Part shown: positions 37,153 to 47,180 of the stretch, in pieces
Layout: each line of letters opens with the position of its first letter
Numbering within the stretch: position 1 is the first letter of the stretch
From: Acidimicrobiales bacterium
GTDB lineage: Bacteria > Actinomycetota > Acidimicrobiia > Acidimicrobiales > Aldehydirespiratoraceae
Assembly: GCA_029247365.1 (NCBI GenBank)
Contig: JAQWLJ010000017.1
Location: 499 to 64,498, forward strand
Direction of reading: 5' to 3'
Length of the DNA stretch: 64,000 bases
Translations under genes and position numbers: made by a program
Notes under the pieces: generated by a model
Told to the model about the DNA's origin: nothing
Seen by the model: only the letters and a program-made list of their open reading frames with translations
Database searches by the model: none

Positions 37153-39522
37153 ATGCAAGACTTCACCCCCATGGCCGACAAACCGCCTGCATTGCTGTCT
37201 GCCGACCATCTCGCCACCCTCCAGGAGATCGAACGTCGGATCCTGTGGCTGGCGGTTCGCATGGTCGACCACGCCAACCGACGCGAGGGCGGCGAGGTGA
37301 AGGTCGGGGGCCATCAGGCGAGCTGTGCATCGATGGTGTCGATCATGACCGCTCTCTGGTTTGCCCACATCGGGGGCGAAGACAAGGTCGCGGTCAAGCC
37401 CCACGCATCGCCGCTCTACCACTCGATCAAGTATCTGACCGGCGAACTCGACCGCTCCTACCTCACAACGCTGCGCGAGCGGGGTGGGCTTCAGGCCTAC
37501 CCGAGCCGCACCAAGGACCCTGACGTCGCCGACTTCTCGACCGGCTCGGTCGGGCTCGGGGCTGTCGCTCCCCTCTTCTCGGCTGCAACCCGGCGATTCG
37601 TCGACTCGAAGTTCGACGACCGGCCGCCGGCGCGCTTCATCGCCACGGTTGGTGATGCTGAGCTCGACGAGGGCAACGTCTGGGAAGCGATTGCCGACCC
37701 GGCCACCCAGGGGCTGAGCAACGTCACGCTCGTCGTCGACCTCAACCGACAGAGCCTCGACCGCGTCGTTCCCGATATCCAAGCGGACCGTTTACAGTCG
37801 TTCTTCCGCGATGCCGGCTGGCACGTCGTCGAAGCCAAATACGGCACGCGTATGCAGGACGCGTTCGACCAGCCTGGCGGCGAGGCGCTCCGTCGTCGCA
37901 TTGACGAGATGCCGAACGAGGCGTATCAGGCGCTGTTTGCCCTCCGAGGGCCCGAACTCCGGGAGAAGTTCCTTGACGGGGCCGACGACGCGGCCCACGC
38001 CTGGGCTGCAGCCGTCGACGACGGCACGCTTGCCGAACTCGTCTTCAACCTCGGCGGCCACGATCTGGGCCTGCTCGTGGAGAAGTTGCGCGAATGCGAC
38101 GCCGAGACCACGAAGCCGAGCGTGCTGTTCGCGTACACGATCAAGGGCTGGTCGCTCCCGATGGCCGGCGACCCCTTGAACCACGCTGCGCTGCTCACCG
38201 AGGATCAGATCGATGACTTCCGGTCGTCGATCGGCCTCACCGAAGCAACGGAGTGGGACCGCTTCGATGCTGAGACGGCCGCCGGACAGTGGTGCGACGA
38301 GCTTGGTGGCGAGATCAACAACGAGCCACCGAAGCCGCGCCCCGCACTTGACGTTCCGCCTTCGGTGGGCCGCTTTGGCAACTCGGCGATGATTTCCAGC
38401 CAGGAGGCCTTCGGCCGCATCCTGACTGGTCTGGGCGATGTCACCGACGTCCGGGACCGGCTTGTGACCACCTCGCCCGATGTTTCGATATCGACCAACC
38501 TCGGCAGCGTTATCAACAAGCTGGGCGTTTTCGCGCCCGACGAGCGCGACGACCACGGCGGTGCCGATCGCCTGCTCAAGTGGGCACCGAGTCCCGCTGG
38601 TCACCACATTGAGCTTGGAATCTCGGAGATGAACCTCTTTCTCCTGCTCGGGCAGCTCGGCCTTGCCCACGAACACCACGGCGAGATGCTCGTACCGATC
38701 GGCACGGTCTACGACCCATTCGTCCTGCGCGGTCTCGATGCGTTCGTGTACTCGCTGTACAACGCCGGGCGCTTCATCGTCGCCGGGACCCCATCGGGAG
38801 TGACGCTCGCCCCCGAGGGTGGGGCCCATCAGTCGACCATCACCGCGTCGGTCGGCATGGAGCTTCCCGGCGTGTGTTTCGCCGAACCCGCATTCGCCAC
38901 CGAAGTCGACTGGCTGCTCTGCGATGCCGTCACACAGCTGTCGGCGCCCGACGGCGAGTCGACCTACCTGCGGCTGTCGACCCGCCCGATCGACCAGACC
39001 GCGTTCTCGGCCGCCCGCGACCGGATCGGCCCCGACGAGCTGCGGCGGCAGGTTCTCGCTGGCGGCTACCGCCTACGCGAGGGCGACGCTGCACTGCGTT
39101 CGGGGCTTGTGCTCGTGACCTCTGGGGCGATGATTCCCGAGGCGATGGCGGCCGCCGACGAGCTCGAAGACGAGGGTCTCGCGGTAACGGTGATCGTCGC
39201 CTCGTCCGCCGACCGCCTCTATCGCGGCTGGCAGCGTGCCACCCGCACTGCGGTCGATGAATTGGGCGTGGGGCGCGGCCCTGCCGCCTATCATCTTGAG
39301 TCGCTGATTACAGCCGCAGAGCGGCACCGCCCGGTCGTTTCCGTACAGGATGCGGCGAGCCATTCGCTCGCCTGGGTCGGCTCCGCCCTCGGCGCCCGTC
39401 AGATTCCGCTAGGGGTCGATCGGTTCGGTGAGTCCGGACAGATCGCCGATCTGCACGATGTCGCTGGCATCAGTACGGCCCACATCGTGAACGCCGGGAT
39501 CCTCGCCACCGAGGGTCGCTGA
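37153..39522 (+). CDS. thiamine-diphosphate-dependent E1 component-like enzyme (AceE / transketolase-like)
   Basis: ATG at 37153. GGHQASCASMVSIMTAL, DFSTGSVGLG and GDAELDEGNVWEA (TPP GDG-type motif). About 790 aa. Confidence 0.75.
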   Translation: MQDFTPMADKPPALLSADHLATLQEIERRILWLAVRMVDHANRREGGEVKVGGHQASCASMVSIMTALWFAHIGGEDKVAVKPHASPLYHSIKYLTGELDRSYLTTLRERGGLQAYPSRTKDPDVADFSTGSVGLGAVAPLFSAATRRFVDSKFDDRPPARFIATVGDAELDEGNVWEAIADPATQGLSNVTLVVDLNRQSLDRVVPDIQADRLQSFFRDAGWHVVEAKYGTRMQDAFDQPGGEALRRRIDEMPNEAYQALFALRGPELREKFLDGADDAAHAWAAAVDDGTLAELVFNLGGHDLGLLVEKLRECDAETTKPSVLFAYTIKGWSLPMAGDPLNHAALLTEDQIDDFRSSIGLTEATEWDRFDAETAAGQWCDELGGEINNEPPKPRPALDVPPSVGRFGNSAMISSQEAFGRILTGLGDVTDVRDRLVTTSPDVSISTNLGSVINKLGVFAPDERDDHGGADRLLKWAPSPAGHHIELGISEMNLFLLLGQLGLAHEHHGEMLVPIGTVYDPFVLRGLDAFVYSLYNAGRFIVAGTPSGVTLAPEGGAHQSTITASVGMELPGVCFAEPAFATEVDWLLCDAVTQLSAPDGESTYLRLSTRPIDQTAFSAARDRIGPDELRRQVLAGGYRLREGDAALRSGLVLVTSGAMIPEAMAAADELEDEGLAVTVIVASSADRLYRGWQRATRTAVDELGVGRGPAAYHLESLITAAERHRPVVSVQDAASHSLAWVGSALGARQIPLGVDRFGESGQIADLHDVAGISTAHIVNAGILATEGR

Positions 39523-39602
39523 TTCGCACGTCCCCTGCTCGTGCTGCATCGCCTCGATCGACGGGGTGCACGTACCGTCAAGGTTGGCGGGAGTGGACTC
39601 GT

Positions 39603-40640
39603 TCAGCTTGGCTCTTCGCGGCGGCCATCGGCGTGAATGGCGAAGCGTCCGGCCTCGGGACCGTGCGTGGGATCCGGTGAACCCCACGGCCATGCGCCGA
39701 ACTGGGTGGCCTGATAGTCCTGGAACGCCTGCACGAGTTCGTCACGGGTGTTCATCACGAACGGGCCATGCTGGGCCACGGGTTCGCCGATCGACCGACC
39801 CTGTAACACCATCAACTCGATGGGGCCATCGCCGGCTTGCAGCACGACTGGGACATCGGCAGTGACAGCCGCACCGGTGTCGGCGTCGATCGGCTCGGCG
39901 TCACCGATCTGCAGCGTCGACCCTTCGAAGGCGTACAGCACTCGGATCGTGCCGTCGCCGTTCGCCTTCGGCATGGTCCACGAACCACCGGCGTCGATGC
40001 GGATATGCCAGACAGCGACATCGGCCTCCACTCGAGCCGCCCACGAGTTGGGAGGAGGGGTCGGGGCCTTTGTGTCGCCGAGTGACCCAGCGATCACGGT
40101 GACCTCGGTGACTGCACCATTGCCGTCCGTATGGCAGATTTGAGGTGTGTGCTCGTTCCACAGCATCGTGAAATAGGGCTCGACGGCCTTGTCAGCGGCC
40201 GGCAGGTTGAGCCAGATCTGGAAGAGCTCGAGCGGGTTGCCGGCATCGTGGTTAACGAGCGGGAACATCTCGCAGTGCTGCACGCCACCGCCCGCAGTCA
40301 TCCACTGGGTGTCGCCGTGACCGAAGCGCGCGGTGGCGCCCATCGAGTCGGCGTGATCGATGTAGCCGTGGCGGACATGGGTGATGGTCTCAAACCCGCG
40401 GTGCGGGTGTTGCGGGAAGCCGGGTACTCGGCTGCCGTGGTACATCGACCAACCGTCACGCTGGGAGAAGTCGCTGCCCATGCTGCGGCCCTGCAGCTCG
40501 GCAGGGTCGGGGCCGAGGTCAGTTTCGCCAGCCGGATACTGGTCATCGTGGTGGGCAACGAACAAGAACGGATCGATCGTCGGCCACTGAGCCCCCAGCG
40601 GGAAGGTCTGGAGCACAGGGGATGCGGTCTCGGTAGCCAT
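39603..40640 (-). CDS. pirin family protein
   Basis: GFPQHPHRGFETITHVRHGYIDHADS...MTAGGGVQHCE is the pirin cupin motif. Confidence 0.9.
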   Translation of the reverse strand: MATETASPVLQTFPLGAQWPTIDPFLFVAHHDDQYPAGETDLGPDPAELQGRSMGSDFSQRDGWSMYHGSRVPGFPQHPHRGFETITHVRHGYIDHADSMGATARFGHGDTQWMTAGGGVQHCEMFPLVNHDAGNPLELFQIWLNLPAADKAVEPYFTMLWNEHTPQICHTDGNGAVTEVTVIAGSLGDTKAPTPPPNSWAARVEADVAVWHIRIDAGGSWTMPKANGDGTIRVLYAFEGSTLQIGDAEPIDADTGAAVTADVPVVLQAGDGPIELMVLQGRSIGEPVAQHGPFVMNTRDELVQAFQDYQATQFGAWPWGSPDPTHGPEAGRFAIHADGRREEPS

Positions 40641-40689
40641 GCCATGCTCAACCTATCGACAGCTGCCTTTTATTTCAATCTTTAAAGGA

Positions 40690-41445
40690 CTACGGCACAG
40701 CGTAGCTGCGCAGATTGCGATCGAAGAGGGCGTGGAGTCGTGACCAGTGCGTCTCGGCCGCAGCCTTGTCGAAGACCGTGCCGCGAGTGGGGAACGCAAA
40801 CCCGTGATGGGTCCCCGGATACCACTCAACCCGTCCGTTCACCCCGGAGTTGACGATCGCGGTCTCGACCTCGGCAACCATCTCAGGGGGTGCGTACTTG
40901 TCGGTCTCCGCGCAGGCGATGTAGATCTCACCGGCGATGGCCCCGAACCCTCGGTGCGGCGAGTCGTCGGCCTCGACCGCTAACCGAACCCCGTAGAGCG
41001 ACGCCGCTGCCTTGATGCGGTCGGGGTACGCAGCCGCAACTGACAGCGCGAAAGGGCCACTCATGCAGTAGCCAAGGCAACCGACCGGTCCGCCAGACGC
41101 GACATCCGGGTGGTTGTCAATGTGTGCGAACAGCGCCTCGGTATCGTCGATCACCATGCGGTTGCTGAGGCTGTACATGAGGTCGTACATCTCGTCGCGG
41201 TTCGAATCACCCTCGAAGTCGAGCACGAAGTCAGGCGCAGTTCGGTAGTAGAGGTTCGGCAACACCACGTGGTAGCCGGTGGTTGCAATCCGGCGGGCCA
41301 TGTCGTGCAGTTCTTCTCGTTTCCCGGGAGCGTCCATGTAGAAGAACACGGCGGGGAACGGGCCACCCTCATCGGGCTGGGTGGTGAACGCCGACATCGT
41401 CCCGTCGGCGGTTTGGAGCAGAATCTCAGCCTCGATCATCACCAA
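40690..41445 (-). CDS. dienelactone hydrolase family protein
   Basis: PAVFFYMDAPG and nucleophile region GCLGYCMSG, with C-terminal YPGTHHGF. The start is ambiguous (TTG 41445, GTG 41442 or ATG 41439). Confidence 0.85.
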   Translation of the reverse strand: MVMIEAEILLQTADGTMSAFTTQPDEGGPFPAVFFYMDAPGKREELHDMARRIATTGYHVVLPNLYYRTAPDFVLDFEGDSNRDEMYDLMYSLSNRMVIDDTEALFAHIDNHPDVASGGPVGCLGYCMSGPFALSVAAAYPDRIKAAASLYGVRLAVEADDSPHRGFGAIAGEIYIACAETDKYAPPEMVAEVETAIVNSGVNGRVEWYPGTHHGFAFPTRGTVFDKAAAETHWSRLHALFDRNLRSYAVP

Positions 41446-41522
41446 ATCGTAGCGATGAAGGGGCGGTACTCGCTGCTATCGCTTGCGCTCGCTGGGCGTT
41501 CGGGTCGACATCTCGGCGGCAG

Positions 41523-42002
41523 TCATGCCGCCTCCCTGTCCCGCATGAGTTCGCGGAGCGCTGCCTGCGAGACGGCAGCGACTCGGCTGACCGGCCAACC
41601 GATGATCGCAGCGACTTCGGCATCATCGAGCCCTGCCGCGACGCGGAGGGCCATCACCTCCATCTGGAGGTGCGGCAAGCGGCGGACGGACGTGATCATG
41701 GGGTTGGACGTACTCTCCGGATCGGGCACCTCGACGGTGGACTCGCGTGCAACGCGTAGCAACCACACGAGAGGGTTGATCCCGACGGGCTGAACAGCCA
41801 GTGCGTGGTCGGCCCGCTCCCAGATCGTCTCGGGGTCGACAGTTGGCGCAGCGATCTCGAGATACTTCACAACCACGGGGTGGTACCGCTCTCGGAGTTC
41901 AGCCCACGCCGACAGGTCACCTATCCGAGCGCTCTCAACCGACGGATCTTCCACTGCGAGCAACATTGCCATGCCCATATGAACGGCAATTTCCAGCGCC
42001 AA
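41523..42002 (-). CDS. sigma-70 family (ECF-like) RNA polymerase sigma factor, putative
   Basis: The C-terminus LPHLQMEVMALRVAAGLDDAEVAAIIGWPVSRVAAVSQAALRELM looks like a region 4 HTH. The N-terminal half is only weakly region-2-like. Confidence 0.5.
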   Translation of the reverse strand: MALEIAVHMGMAMLLAVEDPSVESARIGDLSAWAELRERYHPVVVKYLEIAAPTVDPETIWERADHALAVQPVGINPLVWLLRVARESTVEVPDPESTSNPMITSVRRLPHLQMEVMALRVAAGLDDAEVAAIIGWPVSRVAAVSQAALRELMRDREAA

Positions 42003-42028
42003 GTTGACCGATTTCTAGGTCGATCGGC

Positions 42029-42454
42029 CTATTTCGGGTCGAGAGCGACGATTGGGATCTGCCGTTCGGTCTTTGTTTGATAGTCGGCATAGTTCTCCGC
42101 CGCTCTGGTGATCTTCGGCCAGAGCTGGGTCCGTTCGTCGCCCTCGATCACGCGGGCGACCATCTGTCGGGAGCCGTCTTCGGTTGTGACGGTGACATTT
42201 GGGTCATCGAGAAGGTTCAGGTACCAAGCCGGATGGGTCGGGTGGCCGCCCTTGCTGGCGACGACCACGAACGCATCGTCCACAGTTACCGGCGCGGTGA
42301 GCAAGACCGTGCGGGGCTTACCCGACGTGCGACCGGTCGTCGTCAACTCAAGGACTGGCATGTTGGCGGCGGTCCACCCGACCTTTCCGAACGTGATCGC
42401 ACGCACCATTCGATGCAGGCGATTCATGTTCTTGAAGAAGTGGTCCGAACGCAT
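42029..42454 (-). CDS. deazaflavin (F420H2)-dependent nitroreductase family protein (Ddn-like)
   Basis: LELTTTGRTSGKPRTVLL...VVASKGGHPTHPAWYLNL...QIPIVAL. Confidence 0.88.
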   Translation of the reverse strand: MRSDHFFKNMNRLHRMVRAITFGKVGWTAANMPVLELTTTGRTSGKPRTVLLTAPVTVDDAFVVVASKGGHPTHPAWYLNLLDDPNVTVTTEDGSRQMVARVIEGDERTQLWPKITRAAENYADYQTKTERQIPIVALDPK

Positions 42455-42633
42455 GGATCGACTCTAGAGCCGAGGTTTCGGGTGATCATCGGAATTGCCT
42501 TTTCTAGAAGTGTCGTTCGCTGATCGTGCGCACGTGAGTTCACAGCAGCGATGCAGCAGCGAGGGGCGCTTTCGACCGTGCCATCGTGACCCGCCTACGG
42601 TCACCGCCGACGCAGAATCTGGAGGCAACGACA

Positions 42634-43869
42634 GTGACGACGACGAAGCCAGAAGACGTGGGTATGAGTTCGGCTCGGTTGGAGCGGGTCGTACCGGCAA
42701 TGCAACGCCACATCGACAGTGGTGAGGTGGCTGGAATCAGCACCCTGATCGCCCGACGCGGCGAGGTTGTCCACACGGCACAGGTGGGTATGCGTGACCG
42801 CGAAGCTGGGCTGCCGATGACCGCAGACACGATCTTCCGCATCTATTCGATGACAAAACCCGTCGTGTCGACCGCCCTGATGCTGCTCCACGAGGAGGGC
42901 CTGTTCCAGCTCGAGCACCCGGTCACCAACTATCTGCCGGCGTTTGCGACCCAGCAGGTGCTGGCGGCCGACGGGAGCCTCGTGGCACCGGCTCGCCCGG
43001 TCGAGATCCGCGACATGCTCATGCATACGGCCGGCCTGACCTACGACTTCATGCTCGACAACCCGGTCGGTGCGCTCTACCGCGACGCGTGCGTAATGAG
43101 CGACGCAACCCGGACGCTGGAGGAGTGCGTCGACGTCATTGCGTCGCTCCCACTCGCCTTTCATCCGGGCGCCAAGTGGCACTACTCGGTTGGGATCGAT
43201 GTGGCCGCTCGCCTGATCGAGGTGATTTCCGGCCAGGCACTCGGCGACTTCCTCGAGGACCGGATGTTCGGTCCGCTCGGCATGGTTGACACCGCCTTCG
43301 GTGTCGCCGACGGTTCCCTCGACCGGCTCGCCCCGATGTACGGCCTGCCCGACTTGATCGGCGCCGGCCACACGACCACCGACCTGATCAACGCCATGAT
43401 GAGCGGCGATAACCAGCGCCGCGACGTGTCTGGCACGTATCCCACCGACCAGCCCGACGTGTTCAACCGCGGCGGCCTCGGCTTGTTCTCGACGATCGGC
43501 GACTATCACCGGTTCGCCCAGATGCTGTGCAACGGCGGCTCACTCCACGGCGAACAGATCGTCGGCCGGAAGACGCTCGAGCTGATGCACACCAATCATC
43601 TACCCGCCGAGCTCATGCCGTACGAGCTGATTGGCATTGCACACCCTGGCATGGGCTTCGGGCTCGGCAGCCGGGTGATGACCGACATCGGCCATTTCAA
43701 AGGCCCCGGTTCGGTTGGCGAGTTCGGTTGGGCCGGCGCAGCGAAGACGTACTACTGGGTCGACCCTGCCGAGGAGCTCGTCGCGGTGTTCATGACCCAG
43801 TACATGACCGGCATGGACAGCCCCGACCGCGACTTCCGCAGCATCGTTTGCCAGGCGATCGTCGACTAA
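42634..43869 (+). CDS. serine hydrolase (beta-lactamase/esterase family)
   Basis: GTG at 42634 with GGAGG about 9 nt upstream. SxxK motif FRIYSMTKPVVS. Confidence 0.85.
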   Translation: MTTTKPEDVGMSSARLERVVPAMQRHIDSGEVAGISTLIARRGEVVHTAQVGMRDREAGLPMTADTIFRIYSMTKPVVSTALMLLHEEGLFQLEHPVTNYLPAFATQQVLAADGSLVAPARPVEIRDMLMHTAGLTYDFMLDNPVGALYRDACVMSDATRTLEECVDVIASLPLAFHPGAKWHYSVGIDVAARLIEVISGQALGDFLEDRMFGPLGMVDTAFGVADGSLDRLAPMYGLPDLIGAGHTTTDLINAMMSGDNQRRDVSGTYPTDQPDVFNRGGLGLFSTIGDYHRFAQMLCNGGSLHGEQIVGRKTLELMHTNHLPAELMPYELIGIAHPGMGFGLGSRVMTDIGHFKGPGSVGEFGWAGAAKTYYWVDPAEELVAVFMTQYMTGMDSPDRDFRSIVCQAIVD

Positions 43870-43917
43870 CCGCAGGATTCCGCCACCGAGTGAGGTGAGC
43901 AGCAACCTGCACCGATG

Positions 43918-45579
43918 CTACGACTCGGTGGGCGCCGAATCGGCTGCATCGATCCAACGGGGCAGCACAAACCCGAGTCGCAGCAGCGACAACCCGACGG
44001 CGAAGAACAGGCCGGCCCGCCACAAAGCGTCGACTTCCGCCATATCGACAAGCAGCAACTTGCCGACGGTCAGGGCGAGCACCCCAAGCCCGACGTTGCC
44101 GAGCTTCGGGATCTTGCGGACGGCACCGGCGACAAGGATCGCTACGCCGACCACAGCCCACGACAGCGACACCACGGCTTGCCCCTGGGGTAGATGGACA
44201 AAGACCGACCCGAGCCACAGGAGCGACAGTCCCAGCACGGCGAAGGCGACAACCACACGGACATCGGATCGCCTGACGATCCAACCAGCGACACCGATCG
44301 CGACGATGACGGCGAGGTTGGCGATGTCAGCACCGATCGTTGCGTCGTTGCGCCATGCGTACTGACCGGTGACAAAGACGCTGAGGGCGGCAGCGAAGAG
44401 CAGCGCAGCGGCGTTTGCGGCCAAAAGCCGTGCGCCCGGGAGAATCCGACACAGAACCAGGAGGCCGACTCCCTGTACCGCTGCGGCAACCCAGGCGACC
44501 TCAATCGACAACGTTGCGCCGACACCGATCGTGACAGTGACGCTCGCTCCCACCAGCAGCGCCACCAGATGCGCAGGCGCGAGGCGGGCCCGGGACGAGA
44601 CGGCGAACCCTGCGACGCCACCGGCGACTGCGAATGCAACGAGACCGGCCCCGGTGTCAATGTTGTCGATGAACGACGACGCGAGAACGACCCAGGCCCA
44701 AGGGGCGAGGAATGTGGGCACGTGAAACTCGGTCGGTCGCCACGGTGGCGTGTCGTCACCCAGACTCGGCACGACCAAAAGGATGACGGCAACGGAACCG
44801 GCTGCAACCATCGACACCGTGTGCTCGATTCCGGTATCGGCCGTTGCAGCGAGGGCCAGACCACAGCCGAGCCCGATCAGCCCTGTCAGGGTCCGCAACC
44901 CGAACCACTGTTGCTCCACGGCAACCAACGTGAGCACGATAAGCGCAGTGACGAAGACGGCTCCCGACTCGGTGAACGGAGGGTCGCCCTCGCCAACCAC
45001 GAGCCAGCCGGTCACACCCCCGAGCAGCGTCACGATGCCGACCCATTCGGAGCAGACCAACCGGGCGAAGCCGACGCCGGCGAGACCCGAGACGAACGTG
45101 AGCGAGAACGCAACATCGGTGTTGGCCAGATCGAGGAAGAGATCCGAGGCGAAGATCACGAAGAGGACAGCGACACCACCCGAGCAGAGGGCATGGGTCC
45201 ACGCCCGACGGGTCGATTCGAGGCGGATGCCGATTCCGATGAGCCCGAACGCCAACACCAATGCGCCGGCGAGTTGAAGCGTGGGTCCGATCCAGCCCCG
45301 CTGAATCGCCGTGCTCACACCGAAAACAACGGCGAGCACCACGAGCCCCACACCACCCCATTTAAGGAGTGCTTCGGAGTCGAGTTCGATCGCTTGGCGA
45401 GACGCAGCGGGAAGGGGTCGGGTGGCTTCGATCGGCGCTCCCGACGGGGGCGGTGGCTGCAACGCGGCAGACGATGCGGGGCCGGGGGTGGAACGTTGTT
45501 CGGCCAGCGCAGCCAACGTCGTCTCGATCGCCACGATGCGAGCTTCGAGTAACTCGATCCGCTTCTCGCTATCGCTCAT
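43918..45579 (-). CDS. DUF2339 domain-containing membrane protein
   Basis: ATG at 45579 is preceded by GGAGGAGGG. The N-terminal coiled coil MSDSEKRIELLEARIVAIETTLAAL is followed by many TM helices. Confidence 0.75.
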   Translation of the reverse strand: MSDSEKRIELLEARIVAIETTLAALAEQRSTPGPASSAALQPPPPSGAPIEATRPLPAASRQAIELDSEALLKWGGVGLVVLAVVFGVSTAIQRGWIGPTLQLAGALVLAFGLIGIGIRLESTRRAWTHALCSGGVAVLFVIFASDLFLDLANTDVAFSLTFVSGLAGVGFARLVCSEWVGIVTLLGGVTGWLVVGEGDPPFTESGAVFVTALIVLTLVAVEQQWFGLRTLTGLIGLGCGLALAATADTGIEHTVSMVAAGSVAVILLVVPSLGDDTPPWRPTEFHVPTFLAPWAWVVLASSFIDNIDTGAGLVAFAVAGGVAGFAVSSRARLAPAHLVALLVGASVTVTIGVGATLSIEVAWVAAAVQGVGLLVLCRILPGARLLAANAAALLFAAALSVFVTGQYAWRNDATIGADIANLAVIVAIGVAGWIVRRSDVRVVVAFAVLGLSLLWLGSVFVHLPQGQAVVSLSWAVVGVAILVAGAVRKIPKLGNVGLGVLALTVGKLLLVDMAEVDALWRAGLFFAVGLSLLRLGFVLPRWIDAADSAPTES

Positions 45580-45683
45580 CGTGATCCCTCCTCCGTGCAT
45601 CGTCCCACGTTGGGGCCCGCCGTCGAACTCATCGGTGAGTAAGCGCCACTCTGGGAGGGCCAAAGCCGGTCTAGATTCAGGGA

Positions 45684-45926
45684 ATGAACGAGAAAGATAT
45701 GGCTGCGCTGTTAGTGGAGCTGCGCGAGGCGGTTGCGGGTTCCGAGGGTTTGAGCGATGACGATCGCGCCCATCTCGATGTGCTGGCAGATCGAATCGAG
45801 GCTGAAGCCGACGAGTCGGTTCTCGAGTCGATCGACGACGCCATCACCCGTTTCGGGGTGGAGCACGGGACGGTCGCACGCGTGGTCAACCGAATTGCCA
45901 ACGCGCTCTCGGCGGGCGGCGTCTAA
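45684..45926 (+). CDS. DUF4404 family protein
   Basis: 80-aa acidic helical protein ending FGVEHGTVARVVNRIANALSAGGV, which fits the DUF4404 pattern. Confidence 0.7.
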   Translation: MNEKDMAALLVELREAVAGSEGLSDDDRAHLDVLADRIEAEADESVLESIDDAITRFGVEHGTVARVVNRIANALSAGGV

Positions 45927-45978
45927 CCCTGCTCACCCTGCTCCGGGGACTGCGCACGCCTGCGAATCCCGACAGTGG

Positions 45979-46008
45979 CGCTGTTGGATCACCCCCCAGC
46001 AGCGGTTT
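45979..46008 (+). terminator. weak terminator-like hairpin
   Basis: cgctgttgg (45979..45987) pairs with ccagcagcg (45996..46004) with one G-T pair. It is followed by gttt. Confidence 0.3.
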
Positions 46009-46108
46009 AGCCAAAGACCGGTGTGTCCACTCGGTGAATCCAATGACCTCTCGTATTCCGTAGACCAAAGGTGATCTTCGTACCGCCTGCCTCTCTTTTG
46101 CCTGTCTG

Positions 46109-46936
46109 ATGCCGGAGGGACATGTGCTCCATCGAGCCGCCCGGCTTCAGCGACGCCGGTTCGCCGGCACCGAGGTGCGCGCCTCCTCACCACAGGGCCG
46201 GTTTGCGGGCGGGGCTGCAGTTCTCGACCGCCAGACGCTGACCCGAATCGAGGCGCTCGGCAAGCATCTCTTCTATCGGTTTGCGAGTGGCGATGTCCTT
46301 CACGTCCATCTCGGCCTGTTCGGCAAGTTCCGGGTACGGACCAGGCCCGCTCCGGAGCCGTCACCCAATGCCCGGCTGGTGCTCGAGAACGAGACCGATC
46401 ATCTGCATCTGGCTGGCCCGACTGCGTGTGATCTCGTTACCCCCGACGATGAGGAGGCGATCCGGGCCCGCCTCGGCCCTGATCCGATCCTCGCCTCGTC
46501 AGACGGTGCAGACCGCCTCGCCGAGCGTTTGCAGCGGCGCTCGATCTCCATCGGTGCTGCACTGCTCGACCAGAAGGTCGTCGCCGGGATTGGCAACGTA
46601 TACCGATCGGAGCTGCTGTTTCTGGCCGGTATTCATCCACTCACGGTCGCCCGCACCCTCGACGATGCCGCCGTCGCCGACGTATGGGATCGATCGGTCA
46701 CTGCCCTCAAGGACGGTGAACGGATGGGTCGAATCGTGACGGTCGTCCCCGGCGAGATGGGAGCGAAGAGTGCCCGTGAGCTGACCCGAGGCGACCGGCT
46801 CTACGCCTATAAGCGAGACGGTGATCCGTGCCGGCGATGCGGCGATGAGATCGTTTCGGCCGACGCCGACGGCCGAAACGTGTGGTGGTGCCCAACCTGC
46901 CAGCCGCCGAGCGGCGAACTCGTCCAACGGCGCTAG
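46109..46936 (+). CDS. nei: Fpg/Nei family DNA glycosylase (endonuclease VIII-like)
   Basis: N-terminal MPEGHVLHR, an H2TH region IGNVYRSELLFLAGIHP, and a C-terminal zinc finger CRRCG...WWCPTCQ. Confidence 0.9.
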   Translation: MPEGHVLHRAARLQRRRFAGTEVRASSPQGRFAGGAAVLDRQTLTRIEALGKHLFYRFASGDVLHVHLGLFGKFRVRTRPAPEPSPNARLVLENETDHLHLAGPTACDLVTPDDEEAIRARLGPDPILASSDGADRLAERLQRRSISIGAALLDQKVVAGIGNVYRSELLFLAGIHPLTVARTLDDAAVADVWDRSVTALKDGERMGRIVTVVPGEMGAKSARELTRGDRLYAYKRDGDPCRRCGDEIVSADADGRNVWWCPTCQPPSGELVQRR

Positions 46937-46958
46937 GCGAGCGCCACCGGTCGCAGCG

Positions 46959-47180
46959 TCAGCCCGTGCAGGGCTTGCCGATCACCAACGCACACATCGG
47001 GCAGCACGGCAGCGTGCCTGCACTGCGGCGGGGCGTGATCCGCAGACCGCACAGCGTTTGAAACGACCCGTCGCCGTACTCGACCGCATCGTCTCCCACG
47101 TAGGCGTGGTGATGGACCCGGTCGTTGGCGTCGATGTCGGCCGCTTCGTCGACGTCGGTGCCAAGGTTGACGTCGCTCAC
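46959..47180 (-). CDS. small acidic protein with a DUF3039-like Cys motif
   Basis: The GTG at 47180 overlaps the upstream stop (GTGA). Third-position G+C is strong. DRVHHHAYV...TLCGLRITPRRSAGTLPCCPMC parallels DRFAHYV...ALCGKVWVPSRDPSKYRVCPEC of the 17669 gene. Confidence 0.7.
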   Translation of the reverse strand: MSDVNLGTDVDEAADIDANDRVHHHAYVGDDAVEYGDGSFQTLCGLRITPRRSAGTLPCCPMCALVIGKPCTG

